From: Lama guanicoe
Lineage: Eukaryota
Assembly (NCBI GenBank): GCA_013239625.1
Contig: MU054323.1
Location: 16,186,029 to 16,250,028, forward strand
DNA length: 64,000 nt
Reading direction: 5' to 3'
A program made the translations under genes and the position numbers. The notes below the pieces were generated by a model, which saw nothing but the letters and a program-made list of their open reading frames with translations, was not told the DNA's origin and searched no databases. Every line of letters starts with the position of its first letter. Position 1 is the first letter of the stretch. Positions 21,077-36,404 of the stretch are shown piece after piece.

Positions 21077-24000
21077 GAATATTGCTATTTTGATGGCAGT
21101 ATTTTTATTTAGCTTCAACAGAATCAATTGCACAAATAATCTACATAGATTCCATTGTGATTTTTAAAATGCATATGCATTTAAAAGTGTTACGGAATCC
21201 ATAATGGCAGCTTCCGTGTCATGTGGGGAGGGGGCAAGTGAGAAGTTCATTGACAGAATTTGGGAATGTGCTGGGCACTGCTGCTGGCTGCCTGTACATG
21301 GCCTGGTAGACACAGCAGTAATCCTAACAGGATGGTTGTGTTAGAAATCTCACTTAAGAGATTCAGTTTTATAATTTTAGGGGGAAAATTACCATGAGTT
21401 TTAAGAAAGCTGTCTCCTAAGCTGTGGAAGATACAGGGTTCCCCTTTGAAGAGGAGGTAGACGACACTGAGTTATTATGCAGAAACTACACTAATGGCTT
21501 TAATTTGACTAGGATTAGTACCTTTCACTCAGAACTAATTTTAAACAAGAACAGTGGAAAGTTATTCTTTTCTCCCGAGGCATTTTTGAGCATAGATCAG
21601 ATATTTTATAACTTACAGTTTCAGTGTTCATGACTAGAAAAAACTGTAAAATCTGAAAAATGTGGACTTGATATAAAATTGATTAGTGGATTAACATCTG
21701 CAGTTATCCATGAAGATGTGCATTGCTATGAATTCCCTTTCAGAGGATAATATGGGAACAATATCCCATAGTCTGGATTTTTACTGTCTCTCATCAATGG
21801 GCCTAAGGCTGCCTGTTGGATTTTTAGAATATTTTTGCTTGAGAAGATTATTTGTAAATTTAATACTTTGAAGATATTAAATTTTGGAGGATTTCAGTGA
21901 TTTCTAGTTGAGAGAGGAATAAAAAGTAAATTTAAAAAATCAGGATGATAGAGTCTCACTCAGGAGCAAGCCAGAAACTGTCTAAAAGAGGCAAGCTAGA
22001 AACTTGGTGGTTAAAACCCTCCATAGATGTCCAGTGCATCTGAGTGGCTGAAGCTGGGCTTCTTCAGTGAAGGATGTGTGTCCCTGAATGGAGGACCCTG
22101 AATGGCAGGCTTTCAGCTTGGAGCCAGAGAGACTAATATATCCATGCAAAAGGAGAGGGATACCTGTCCCCATTGGCAGGATTCAGCATCCTGATCATGG
22201 TCTATTTGCAGACTTATTGCAAATACTGCAGGATTTGCTTCTTCCAAGCAAATCTAGTCTACTACTGGCATTGTTTTTCAGAACTTGGAAATGAGAATTT
22301 AAGTTTAATTAATTCAACCCAGGATCATTCACCAATGTTAACCTAAAATCCCCCAGGGCCTTCCTCTCCAGGAAGTAGAATGTCATGTTTACTTTTATCT
22401 TCCTCTCTCTTCCTCTCTTTTTCTCCACCCTCCCCCTCCATCTCTCTCTCCTTGTCTCCACCACTGTTTATATCCTCTTCTTTCTCTCTCTACTCAACCT
22501 GCATCTCTCTTTGTCTCAATCTATCTCTCCTTATTTGTCTCTTTTCTCCCTTCCCCACTTAAAAAGATAGATGCATAGTAATCCAAAACATGATCTATAT
22601 TCTAAATTGCATTTTAGTGTGCCTGGTGGGCCCAGGCTTTTGCTACCCGCAGTGAGGGAAGCCCAGCTGCTTTCAACTCTCTCTCACAGCCAAGCACTCC
22701 CTGTTTAGGAGCAGTCTAGTAAGAAGAGAAGTAGTTTTTGGAGCCTGCTCTAGAGAATTATAGTGGGAACTTGCAGACTAAATCTGAAAGCCAAAAGCAC
22801 AACAATAAGGCATATTGGTGACATAATTAGATTATGCAGCCAATTTGATTGTTTATGAAGGAATCAACTGCTAAGATAAATAAAAATATTTATACTGAAT
22901 AAAAAAGGTTATTTCAGGGAGAACTCTTTTGGGGGGCATTTGATGATGCTTTTGTGGATTTTAATGTCAACACAGATACCAGAAATTATGGCCAAGACCT
23001 GTTCAGTGAGGTTGAGGAATGAGTTCTGTGTGAGACTTCAACTGAGCAAAGCTAACAGCTATTTAAAAATCCCAATTCATTTGGTAAGTGTGCAGGCTGC
23101 TATTGGTATTAAAGACATTTTGTGAAGCAGTTCATCATCTGGATACCAGATGTTCTGGAGGATATGTTTTTCTTTTTTTCAGATGACCCTTTTATGGAAA
23201 AATTTCTTTTCCCCAAAGTCTGGGGATAAATTATTTTCAAATTCAGTGGAAAACTTGTCTTAAATGAACAGTGATTTCTCTCTAGTCAGACTATGCATAT
23301 TCTTTATCATACAGTTTTATATATTCTCATGGAAAATAACTCAGTTATAACCAACCCGTATTTAGTGATCACCTACTGTGAACAAAGCCCGGTACTAAGA
23401 ATTGTGGAGAGTAACAAAACAAATGAGATACAAGTGATGATTTCAAAAAGGTTATAAAGACTTTTTAAAAAATTATCACATGAAAAGACAACGTGTAATG
23501 TAGAATAGAAAAGGTAAGGTACTGTGTGTACATGCTCTTTAGGCCAAAGTCCACCTCTGGACAGAAAGCGAGGAGTGAATATCTGGGAAACTGTTTGTTT
23601 ATTTGGCTTTTGCAGGACTGACTGTAGAATCACTGTCCTCCTTCTGGCTTAGTTTTCCTCTTCCTGGAAGCTTCCTGCCACAGTTGTTCCAAGGCCCTTG
23701 CCTACGTGTCATGTCACATTAGTTAGGGCAGGTCACACAAGACTTGGCTAGGCTAGAAAATCCTGTATTTCCTTGGGGGAAAAAACCTCCCATTCTTTTC
23801 CAGTCATTATAAGTTATTTGTTTATCACCTCAAGGTCCATCCCCACTGGATGTTCATTGTGGAACAAATTGCCGGATATGTTGATGGTTGGTTTGTTGTG
23901 TGACTTAAAAAATTTTTTTAAGGAGTCTACAAAAATCTGCATAATATGTCAAGATAAAAGAAATGGAATGTAGTGAGGAAATGCGGGAAATGAAGCAAAG

Positions 24001-24990
24001 GGAAAATAAAGATAGGAAAGGGCAAATGGAACAGCAATGAACTCATCTGTAACTTCTCACACCACAAATTCTAGATTGTTTAGGATGACACCTCTGGTCC
24101 CCGACACAGTGTTTCTTTTCCATCTGCTGCTTCTTCCTATCAGCCACTATATTGCTCACAAGGTCCAAAATGACCAGTAAAGTTGGGAAAAGAGATTCTT
24201 TCTTATTTTCACCAGCATTTGCAGTGGCTCTGGACCTGCCTTTAACACAAAGAGAAAACTGCTTGATACGTGATTATGGTTCAGAGTTGCTTACTGATTC
24301 TTAGAATGGCAGAACCTCAAATGTCCCCTAGCCATCCCGTTGTCATGGGACTCCCTGTACATTATCTTTAACAGCTGAGCATTAGTGTCTCTTGTCAGTT
24401 TCATTACACTATGAAGTATCTGCTGAACTTGGGGTACATGCTAAGTGCCTGGGACAAAAAGAGCTACCAGTGTGCAAGTCTCACCCCCAAAGAGCTTAGA
24501 ATGGAAGTTATGACCTGTAGGGCCCACCCTGGTATATCTAGTTTCTCAAACCTGCCTTGTTATCTTCTTAGAAATATTAAAGGTGGGCTTTAATATACAC
24601 TGAGCTGGATCTCTAGCTCCTGACATATATAAATGTCCACGATACATTATTAAATGAGAAGTGCAAGGGACAGAGTAATATGTAAAGTAGAATTCTATTC
24701 CCATAAAAATATACTCTCCCCTGCCAAATATATGTGTTTGTGTGCTAGTACATGTTTGTATAAACAAGAAGAAGGGTGTGGAAAGAGACATATCAGATTA
24801 TTAACATTGGTATTATTAACAACTGGTTAGGTTGCACTGGCAGGAGGTTAGGAAAGAGGGAGAGGATTAACTTTTTCCTTGAAACATCCTTGCTATTAAT
24901 ACAATAAGCATGTATTGCATTTTTAACTTGAAAGGCATTACATAAAAATCTCTAAAACATAGTAAACAAATGAAAACTGTCTATATCTGA

Positions 24991-25311
<321 letters not shown>

Positions 25312-26809
25312 TAGATTCCTGGGATAAAACACATTAGCAGAAACTCAGAGTGAATTCTAGAATCCTTGGGGGAGTGAAAAAGCCATTTAGAAATGTAGAC
25401 TTCCTGTACATTTTGAACTAATTTGTTGCAACATGAAATGAGGTTGAAATAATATTAATTAGAAGATTACATTATTTAAAATGTCAACCATGGGCAATAA
25501 CCTAAGATCCATGACAGTGTATTTATTAATTGGTTTCTGATTTCTTAGTTAGGAATACATATCAAATTAAAAGCAACATTATTTTTTTGTGTAAAATGAA
25601 GAATATGGAAGGTTGATACAGGCATATGTATGAGAACTACGTTTATTTCTTCTTGTTTATATAGTCATGAAACATCACCACCTTCTAATCTGAGAGATTG
25701 CCTTGGTGGCCTTGAGTTGGGGGAGGGAGTTTCTGCCAAGTGGTTTGGAAGAAGAGAGTAGGTAATTCAGACATATCAAGATGAAAAGCATGAAGCAGAA
25801 ATGCATTATTGTTATTATCTGTGAATCTCGGCTCAATTTTATGTAGCATAGCAAAGCTTTTGTTACGTTCTCAGCTCAAAATACTTCTGGGACTCTCATG
25901 TTATTTCAGTCTCTGTTCTTAAGGGTATATTGGAAAAAAGTGCTAAGCTAGACGAAGACATTTTGTTCAGCTATCACTCATAACTAAGTAAACACAACAA
26001 AGCAAAGACAAAAAACTTTGTTCACTTGCAATGGATACCTTTTTTTCCCCTCAAAGTTTTATGAAGGCGCTAGCCTTTGATACAATGGGGGTAAAGAAAT
26101 AAAAGGTTTATCTTGTAATGCAAGGAACAGAGATATTTGGTTCTATTTTTGCTGGACATGCTGAACTTGAAGAGAGCAAGAATTGTTTATAACCTCTTGG
26201 TATCCTTTTCACTGGCTTTTCATTTTGTTTTGTTTTCTGAACCTTCTATAATGTCTTTGTCCCATGCTCTGCCCTGCTTGAACTGGCATCCTTTCCCAGC
26301 AGTTGGGTGAGAGAATTCAGAAGCTGGTGTAAAAGATTAACATTTCATATTTGCATTTCTAGTGGAAGGACATGAAATGAAGTGAAGTATGACTTAAAGA
26401 CACAGTCTGTTTGGTGGGTGGGTTTTCTCTTGGTGAGCTCCTTTACCTTTTTCCACGCAACTCACATCTGCTTTGGGTGACCAGAAATAGAAAGGGCTGA
26501 ACGAATTGTTGGGTGGGGATCTCCATTAACAAGATATACATATATTCTTTTGACTGTCCTTTCCAATAGCAGTAAACAGTGATGGGGACAGTTAAAAATA
26601 AAGACTGATTTTGAATGCAGACTTTGAGAGTATCAGATTTATTCTTCCGGTCGTACTTTACCTAGATTTGTATTAAGGAGTTATTTTACGTTCTTCAGCT
26701 GTCATGGATTAGGTAATTGGTGGTAGAATGTGACCTGGGAGAAGACTGGATAGGAGACCGAATGATCATTCCCATTCTTTGTAGTCTTCCCTCCTCCAGG
26801 AACACGCTT

Positions 26810-27245
26810 ATAATTATACATTCACTTCTTTTGTTTTGTAACTTTGCTGTGCCCTCCTACCTTAGCAGGTGGTATCTCCTCATTCCTTGACTCTGGACTT
26901 GGTTATTTGACTCTCCTTGTCCAATGGGATGCTAGTAGATGACACAAACAGGGGCTGGAAATGTGCTTGTGCAATAGGGTTTCCTCTCTCTTGCCTTTGC
27001 CATCACCGTGAGAAGAGCATGTCCCGGCTGGCCTGCCAGTCCTAGGAGGAGGAGAAGAGGCATATGGAGCAGAGCCAACCTTGATGACTGCAGGATGAAG
27101 CAGAGCTTCCTTAGCCAAACCCAGCCTAGACCAGTTGTCCCCAGTTGACTTGTAGACCCTGAAGAACTTATGATTGTTGTTTTAAGCCATTGAGTTTGGG
27201 GTGGTTTTTCACACCTTTTTATTATGGCATTAGCTGATATCAGCC
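26810..27245 (+). mobile_element. MaLR (MLT1-like) solo LTR
   Basis: 'gccatcaccgtgagaagagcatgtcccggctggcctg' and 3' end 'tgttgttttaagccattgagtttggggtggttt'; ends in a 17-bp local duplication. Confidence 0.7.
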
Positions 27246-29686
27246 ATTAGCTGATATAGCCTTGGATGGAGAAAGACTGTAGATAATTTACTAACTCTGT
27301 TAACACTGGGAATGACGCATTTGTCATACTGCCACAAAGAAAGACTAGAAGACCTTTACAAATCCAGCCACACAGTTCTCTAGCTCCAAGGTAGTAGGCT
27401 GAGTCACTGGAAATTGAAGGTCACTTTTTTTTCCTGTCAATCCTAAAAAATGGTGAAAAGAGCGAGTTCCCTTGCAGGACTCAAGATCACTGCCAACAAC
27501 AGTGAACTCCTGTCTACATGAAATGGTGCAAAGAGACCAGAATGATAGTTAATCACTGCCTTGAACACTGGAGTCACCAAGCTATTGACATTTCTGAGAC
27601 ACCTTAACTTACAAGCTCTCAGAATATGAAAACTATCTCCTTTTGCTACTTCCCTGGGCATTAACAGAATGTCTCTGGTCCCAAGAAGTCTTGCTCTGCC
27701 CTGCTATTCCATGCTTATGCTGTTTCATTGGGAGTTAGAACTTTGGAACCAGTCAAGGCCCTTTAAACAACTGGAAACTTAGAATGTCTCCACTAAAGTA
27801 TGTACCTTACCCTTTTTGCCAGTGAGAAAATCTGTTTAATTATGTAGTTCTTATTAAACCCTGAGTACATATATATTATACAGATAGACACAGCCTATGC
27901 TTAATACTATCAGGAGTTACGAGAGATTCAAAATGTAATAAACTGTCATTTTCCTGTGGCCTAGTTAAGGAGCAACATTAAGACAATTGACATGATTACC
28001 ATACAACGATAACTTAGTTTTAAGATGGGAAAGACATTTTTTCACCTTCTTATGAAATCACCCTAAAACAATCAGGAAAATTCCATCTTTGAAGAAACCA
28101 GGGAACATCTGTTAATGGGAACCACAATATGAAGATGGAAGGTCAATGGAGAAAAGGCAAATGACATATCAGAGTGGAGGGAAGTCACATTCCCCAGAGA
28201 GGGAAGGAAGTGGAAGAAGCCAGTGGTCCCCTGACAAAATCCTGAATGGCTCAGGAATGGGAGGGGATGGTAAGGAAGGCAGAAGGAGGCAGAGGGTGGA
28301 GTAGGAGAGTTCTTAAAGTCTATGTAAGGAACACTTAGAGATGTAAGATTTCCACCCCACACCTGGCAGAAAAGTGAGTGTCCCACCTGTACCCTTGCCG
28401 GAGATGACGGAATATTTTTCTGGAGAAACTGAACCAGGGAGCTTCTGGATGTGGGGACACCAGATATAGCGGAGGGCAGTACTGAGGTGGTATTAGATGA
28501 AAGACTCCACTCTAAGCAGTGAGATTCCCCATCCTCTCCCCTAGCTTCCAGCGTGAGAAAGCCAGCAGCCAGCTCATACCCATCAGATAGGAACCTGGTG
28601 GATCCTTCTCTGGAGAATGTGAACCACCTCATAGAAAAGACCCATAGACAGGGACATTTGGGAAGCCTCAGTGAAAACACTGACTGGGCATCATGTTGCC
28701 CTGCAGTGAAGCCAAACAATCTGTGTCTCTCATCAGTGTTTTTGTATTTTATTGTTTAATAAATGAACACAAAGCGTGATCAGATATTTGAGGACTGTCT
28801 CCAGCATGAAAGAAAGAAAGTAAAATATATAATACAAGCTGAAAAACGAACTCAGAGGAAATAAGGTAAAGGAGCAGAAGATAACTTAAAGAACACTATT
28901 TTAATATCCTTGGAGAGATAAGAGGAGTTTTGTCCACAAAAGACTAAGGAAACATCAGATTCTGTTTGTCCACTGGGAACACATTCCCCAGGATTGTAGA
29001 GAGGTGGAGAAAGCGAATGGTTGTGCATTTTCCTTCATCCAGGCTCAGCAGCGTGAATGCAGGCACAAAGCAGGCAGAGTTGGACTTAATGTTATGCTTC
29101 TGCCATATGAGTTTGACCAATGCAGAGAGAGGCACGGGAGTTGAGCATGTATGCAGGGAGCAATTAGATTGATTGACTCTGGAATTTAAGCTGAATATGG
29201 AGTGAAATGAGGACATCATTGGGCAAACGAAGGACTGTGAAAAGGTGAACAATTCAGTAGATTAGGGATTCCAATGGGGTTGAAGGATTGTGGGGTTAGG
29301 GTACCAGAAGGACCCTGAAAGGTGAGAGTTGTTGTCAGACAGTGGAAAGTATACAGTTGATCAGAATCCTTCTCACCCTTCTAAGTTATGCTCAGATACT
29401 GTCTCTTTCGTAAAGTCTTCCTTGACATTCCAAGGATTTGACCTCTCATTCTATCCAACTGCTAGAGAAGTTTTATGTTACATTTGAGATCCTTGATACA
29501 TTTTACCATGCCCGTGTATTTGTTTTATCTTTCTCTAACCTAATTCAAGTGTAGGGTCTTCTGAGGGAGAGGCTATAATTACTATTCTTTGTGTCTCTGT
29601 TGCATCCCATGGGCAGATTCTTGAACTTAGACTCAATACAACTCTGCAGACTTAAATAAGGTGAGAAGCAAGAAAGACCTGCAGTT

Positions 29687-30060
29687 GTTTCAGGTTGGAT
29701 TCCCTGGACGGTACACTCTGACTTGGAGGTTAGCATTTCAGTCACTTAGTAGGGAGTGGCCTTGGCTCAACCCCTGTGGCAGGGAGGGAAAGGAAATGGG
29801 ATCAGGCAGAGGAAGTAGTCGGTCTGCTATGCAGGTTTAACAACAGCTTCAGCCAACCCCAGGGAGCTCTGGAGGTAGAAGGGCCCTTTAGAGAGCCCCC
29901 AGCACCTGCTTAGGCCAGTCAATGAATATAGGATGCCCCCATGGCCGAGCCATTCCTTAAAGGGACTAACAGCTGAAGGCCTTCTGCTGACACCTCTGCT
30001 GGTGGCAGGGACAACACACCTTCTGAAAGGGAACTGGGTCTTGTTTCACAGTGTCCACTA
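29687..30060 (-). mobile_element. Ancient ERVL solo LTR (LTR16/LTR33-like)
   Basis: 'tgtttcaggttggattccctgga...actctga...agggagtg' resembles the reverse complement of the LTR end at 10200-10273. Confidence 0.55.
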
Positions 30061-30344
30061 TAGCAGTTCCATAGTTTCAAAGTTCTCTAAGGAGTAAGAA
30101 AAAGATGTGAGACTTCTGTTTTCAGAGGGAGTGGAGAAGGTGAGATTTATATGGGTGAAGAAGACTTTGGGAGGCATGATTTTCAGAGAGGTAATGGTGC
30201 AAAATAAACTTTGGCATATTTTCACCTGCTTTGGCTTCTTCCTTTTCTTCATGGCATATCTATCTCTTTGTCCAGTTAAGAAGAAAGCATGCTGTTTTTT
30301 AATCCTCAACATTTTTGCTACCTTTCTATTTTTTTTTTAACTAG

Positions 30345-30593
<249 letters not shown>

Positions 30594-32015
30594 TAAAGAA
30601 CTAAAATTGCCATGGCATGCTTGGAGCAGAGTGTTTATAATAGAACATTTTTTGGCAGGCTTTGGGTTTTTTGAGGAATCCCAGAGCTAAAAAGAATGAT
30701 TCTGGGTTAGAAGTTGTGTTCAACTGAGCTTAATTAGAATGATGTAAAAAATCAAAATAAGGAAACATCAGGTTCAGTTCGGTCCCACGGGAGCACACTC
30801 CCCCAGTAAGTATAGAGGTAGAGAGAGCAAGTCCCTTCTCTGAGGCCTCTATCAAGCCTGAGGAGGCTGGGTCCCGGGAAATGGAGTAAGAGTGGAACAT
30901 AATAAGGAGATGGGAGTGAAGAATTTCCCTGGTAGCTTCAAAGCATTATGGTGACTCCAGTGTGTATAGGACATTTTGATGGGTCTGTTTTGATATGGTG
31001 TTTTCAACATGGGGGTGGAGATATTTCAATGCTCCTTAAAACTCTGCTCCGATTACCAAGTAATGGGTGCATTTCATGCCCTTTTTTTTATCCCCATCCC
31101 TGAGTCCATACCACATACCTAATCCCTTATCCCACCTTTGAATTTTCTTCCTATTCTGACTCTCTTCCCATATTTGACCTTTAGTCAGTACTTGGGTCCT
31201 CACTAACTCTTGCCTGGAACCCTTGAGACTTCATCTTCCCTGTGGCTCCATCCATCCCTGACCCTCACCTTACCTGTGAAGTGACAGCCTATTCCTAACC
31301 CTCTCCACTCATCCCTGTCCTTTGCCTTATCACTGACCTTCACCAAATGAGTCCAAATGGCCATATTCAGTGTTCTCCATGACTCCGACACATCACATGT
31401 TGGCTTTCTCTCCGTCCCATTGTCTGTTGGCAGCTCATAACGGGTCAGGGGAACATAGTTGGCATGTGATCCAGTCACTTTTGTCCAAATGACTAAAAAG
31501 GATTCAGAAGAGGAGGAGAGATCTGATTGATCAGCAGGAGGAACACAGTTATTTATCAATCTGAATACATGAATCCATAGTGATAGTTAAGACCATTTTT
31601 CCCCAGAAACAAACTCTTAGGCGCTTACCCAATCTTGTGAATATACTCCTATTTCAAAGACCACTTTTCTGCCAATGAATACCTTAATCATCATTTATGA
31701 GTGAATAGTTCCTATTATCTTTAGAGTCATAGACTCTGAAAATATTTATTGATGTGTCAGGATCAATGCTAGAAATTTACCCACACCTTATCTCGATTAT
31801 ATAAATTAGTAGTTCTTAATCTGGGGGGAGTCTTCGGGCAGTCCTCAAGCTTCCTGATGTTTTATGACTCAAACAAGTTATATATATATTCTGGTATATT
31901 ACAGAGGCTTATAACCAGGAGGAACCTTTAGCGATCAGCAAGTTTGAACTTCTTGTTTGATAGAAAAGGAAATGGAGATCCAGAGACTAAGCTCACAGAG
32001 CCCCAGTCAAGGAAT

Positions 32016-32022
<7 letters not shown>

Positions 32023-32046
<24 letters not shown>

Positions 32047-32093
32047 GTTTTTTTTTAACATTTTTTATTGATTTATAATCGTTTTATAATGTG
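32023..32093 (-). mobile_element. Very short 5'-truncated young L1 3' end with TSD
   Basis: Shares 'aacattttttattgatttataatc' with 49792-49890; TSD aggaatttttctt at 32010-32022 and 32094-32106. Confidence 0.8.
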
Positions 32094-32568
32094 AGGAATT
32101 TTTCTTATATGCTGCTTTAAAAGGACTAAATGGTTACTATCCAAGTGCTCTCCATGGCAATTATGTCATTACAGACTAAGGATAAAATGGCTAATTGGAA
32201 TGGAATAGAAGATCAGATAGACTTGGACTCCCATCTGAAAATAAAGCACATGCATTCTTTTTTTTTTCTATGAAAAATTCAACCTAGTGTCCTCTTTCTA
32301 GTTTATCCTTAGTGATATCCTTCTGGGGTTACAGAAGGTTACATGAAGAATCTACAATTTGCTATTTGTCCACATTGCGTAGCAAGATTTAAAAAGTTCC
32401 CTCTAATGATTCACTTACAATGCTATTAAACCTTTTGTTCATTTATACGGCTCCCTATTTTATTCTCAGTTATTAAAATGCAATTAGTTTTAACTGATTT
32501 TTTTTTCCATTGATGATTATGAAATGTGTTTCGGTGACAGTGATTATACAATATTTTTTCTCCCTTAG

Positions 32569-32682
<114 letters not shown>

Positions 32683-34282
32683 TAGTAAAGAATAAAAGCT
32701 GTTTTCTTCCCACTGACAAACACTGCATTTTAAAATTCAGAATTTATGATTTAGGTGTGTGATTTGAATACGTAATATACTTTACTGGCTTTTTTCCTTG
32801 CTTTATCGATTAGTTTATTATTCCCATTCATCTCTTTCAGAAGGCCCACTTCATTTTCCTGCATGAAATTGCATTTTGTAATGGAAACATAAAATACTAC
32901 ATTTTATATTTGCATACCCTTAGAAATAGTTTGGAAATATTTTTCCACAGTCCTTTTTAAAGCATATGGAATGCATTTTTAGGGAAAATTCAGTAAAGCA
33001 TGTTGGACGATGATGAGTGTTATGTCCTTATAATGATACCTATAGATATTCTTTAATGTTCCTTTCTTTTCCATCTCTGCCTTTGTCATCTTCTATTTTC
33101 TGTCTTGTGCAGATGTGATTTTCCTTTAAGTCTGGTACAATCTCTGCCTATTTCCCAAAGGAGTAGGAGATGGGGATGCAAGAGAAAGCCAAAATCCTTT
33201 AAGGGTCATTTAAGAGAAGGTTTAGTGTCAAATAAATGAGAGTAGACTAGGCCAGACTAGGTTAGGCCAGGCCAGGCCAGGCAACCAAGATATCCACAGC
33301 CCAAGAGAGAGGCTTGGAACTTGGAGAAGGGAAAAAAGGATAACTTCTTTTCTTTGTACGTCCACACTCCATACACCCCTCCTTACTTCCCCAAACACAC
33401 ACACACACAACAACCACAAAACAAAACAAAACAAAACAAAACAAAAAAACTGGCATCAGGGAGAGATGAACATGAGATAAACTTTTACTGTAGCATCCAA
33501 GCCAGGACTGAGGCAAGAACATCAGGCTAGGAATTCCTCCCAAGCCACAGAAGCCTCCTGGAACAGAATAGAATTGTATTTCCTCTAAGCAGTGGGAAAA
33601 GCAATGCTATCTCGACTCATGCTTCTGCTGTGAGTTCAGAATTTGCCAATTTCTAGATCTAGACTATTTTCAAAGAAACTTTTACCTGAACCTCAAATGC
33701 TTCTCTTTGGCAAATTTCAATTCCTAGTTTGAAAGAATTGCTATAATAGTATTAATATAAGCTTCTTGGGCCACTTCCTTACAGCATATTTTCCTCACTT
33801 TGATGGCAGCCTCAAGAAATTGGGTTTGGCCTTCTTTCAAGGATTTTGCACACTTCTCTCATTTTCTCCACCAGAATGAATTTATATCAGTAACTCACAT
33901 CCTAATGTAATTTTAACTCATTGTGCTGCCTCATCGAGCAGTATTTACACTTCAAACCGTATCTCTAATTGTATAAGTAAAAGTTGTATCCTAAGATATA
34001 GGAGTTATAATTATCAATAAACCGATGGGAATATTGTTTTGGTGGTAGTAAAGGCTTTCTCTATGTTCTTAAAATCATATTACATATGAATACCTACCAC
34101 CTGGTCTAGTTTTACCTTTTAAATTGAGCAACTCAAAGAACCCTATCCTGGGAAGTTTCATTCAGTTGTCTTAAACTCTTCTTGTGATCTCTTATCGTCT
34201 TGTAACATAGACGCATGGTATATGTAACCATGTAGCACATGGGTTCTATGTTACAAGATGACAGGAGTGATGGAATGTGGGC

Positions 34283-34469
34283 CAATGGGTCTCAAATTTT
34301 AGTGTGCATTAGAATCACCTGGAGGGCTTGTTACACTCCAAATTGCCAGGCCCTACCCCCAGAATTTCTGACTCAGTAGGTCTGAGGTGGGCCAGATAAT
34401 CTGCATTTCTAGCAAGTTCCCCAGTGATGCTGATGCAGCTGATCATAGACCACACTTTGAGAACCATGG
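34283..34469. mobile_element. MER5A hAT MITE
   Basis: 'gcattagaatcacctggagggcttgtta...tttctgactcagtaggtctg...atctgcatttctagcaagttcccc...gaccacactttgagaacca'. Confidence 0.88.
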
Positions 34470-34884
34470 TGCAAGTCATAATAGGTATCCCTTTCCCGTC
34501 GAGGGGTCACTCAGCATACTACTTCATACCTATTTTGTTAGAGTAGTCCCCTTTCAGGCCCCACATCTCTTAAGGAATTCTTCGTGCAGGAGTGAGGATC
34601 TGTAAGTATCTACACCTGTGTTGTCTCCCATTTCCCTCTAGTTTTCTCATTCTCTATCTTTCTCTCTCTTGTTCTGTTAAGTTTCTGACTTTAAGGGGGT
34701 TCTCACCTATAAAGCTGGAGTCATGTATGATTCTTCTCTCAGAACTACTCCAAAATGTCTACACCCAAGTTCAGCTCAGATATGTATTGTCGTGTGTGTT
34801 CTACTGCATACTGTTTTAAAAACAATGGCCACATGGGTCAGGATTCCAAACTCTTTATGCGTTCTGACTACTGATCAGATATAA

Positions 34885-35124
<240 letters not shown>

Positions 35125-35409
35125 TAGAAGTGTGAGGAACCATTAAATTAATAATTGATTAATTAAATTATTCACCAGTTATCTCATGGCTTCTATTTTT
35201 TCATGAAAGTCATTCTAAATCCCTGAGGACACTTTTATGTTTTTTTCCTACACATGGAATATTTATCAAACTCATATACCTCTGACATTCTGCCTTCTTT
35301 TTCATAGAGCTAGGTCGTATTCTTATACTTAGTGTAACTCTGGTGTTTCCGTTACTAGGGAAGCAATATTCTTTCCATCAGAGTTGGAAGTCTAAATTAA
35401 CCCAAGAAT

Positions 35410-36090
35410 TCTTGCAGTAGCCTCCCAATTGATCTCCTGCTTTTGCTCTTGCTTCCCTATTCTTTACATAGGAAAAAGAGTTATCTTTTAAAAATGTAAA
35501 TCAAATTATGTTATTTCCCTACTTTAAAGCTCTGGTGACTTTCCATCATGTAGAATAAGACCCAGAGCCTTTATCGTGGCCTACAAGGGCGCCATTTTCT
35601 GACCCTTTTCTCCCTCTCCAACATGACCTCCTCCTTCTCTCTCCAATTATTGCTCTGACTCAGCCCCCTTGCTGTTTCTCAAGTAGGCTAAGCACACTCC
35701 TGCCTCAGGACCTTTGCACTTGCTAATGCTGCCTGGAATGCTCATCCTCAGATCTTCACACAGCTTGCTTTCTCCCTTGCTGCATCTATTTAAATGTTAG
35801 TTTCTCCAAGAGGTCTTCCTTGACTTTAAATATCTCTTTTTTGGCCCTGCTGTGTGCCCCTCATTCTCTAGTTCCTTACCTTGTTTTACTATTCTTTATA
35901 AGCTTGATCACTTTCTAAAATTGTTTTTTGTATTTGTTTATTTGCATCTTTGTCTACTGGAATGTATCTCCATATGGACAGGGCTCTGCCTTTTTACTAA
36001 TGAAACCTCAACTCCTAAAATAGGGACTGGTACATAGGAGGTGCTTTATAATTGTTAACTGAATTAATTAACATTTGTTTAACGAATGAA
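35410..36090. mobile_element. L2 LINE fragment
   Basis: 'cctgcctcaggacctttgcacttgct...gcctggaatgct' and terminal 'gaatgaatga'. Confidence 0.7.
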
Positions 36091-36233
36091 TGACTTTGGA
36101 GCATATGGGTAAGATACACGGAAGTACACAGAAGATGATGAATTATCAGCTGTGTTTATATAGTACAGAGCTCCCACTCAGACTTCTTTGATGAAAGATA
36201 CTTTTCAGTTTACTTACTGGAACTATGCACTGA

Positions 36234-36404
<171 letters not shown>

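Noticed and set aside
22390..22560. Hydrophobic ORFs over a polypyrimidine tract
   Set aside because: Low-complexity CT-rich sequence gives spurious Leu/Ser/Phe peptides
28072..28719. 215-aa minus-strand ORF in intron 3
   Set aside because: Non-ATG start, no recognisable domain; lies in purine-biased sequence resembling an old L1/HAL1 remnant
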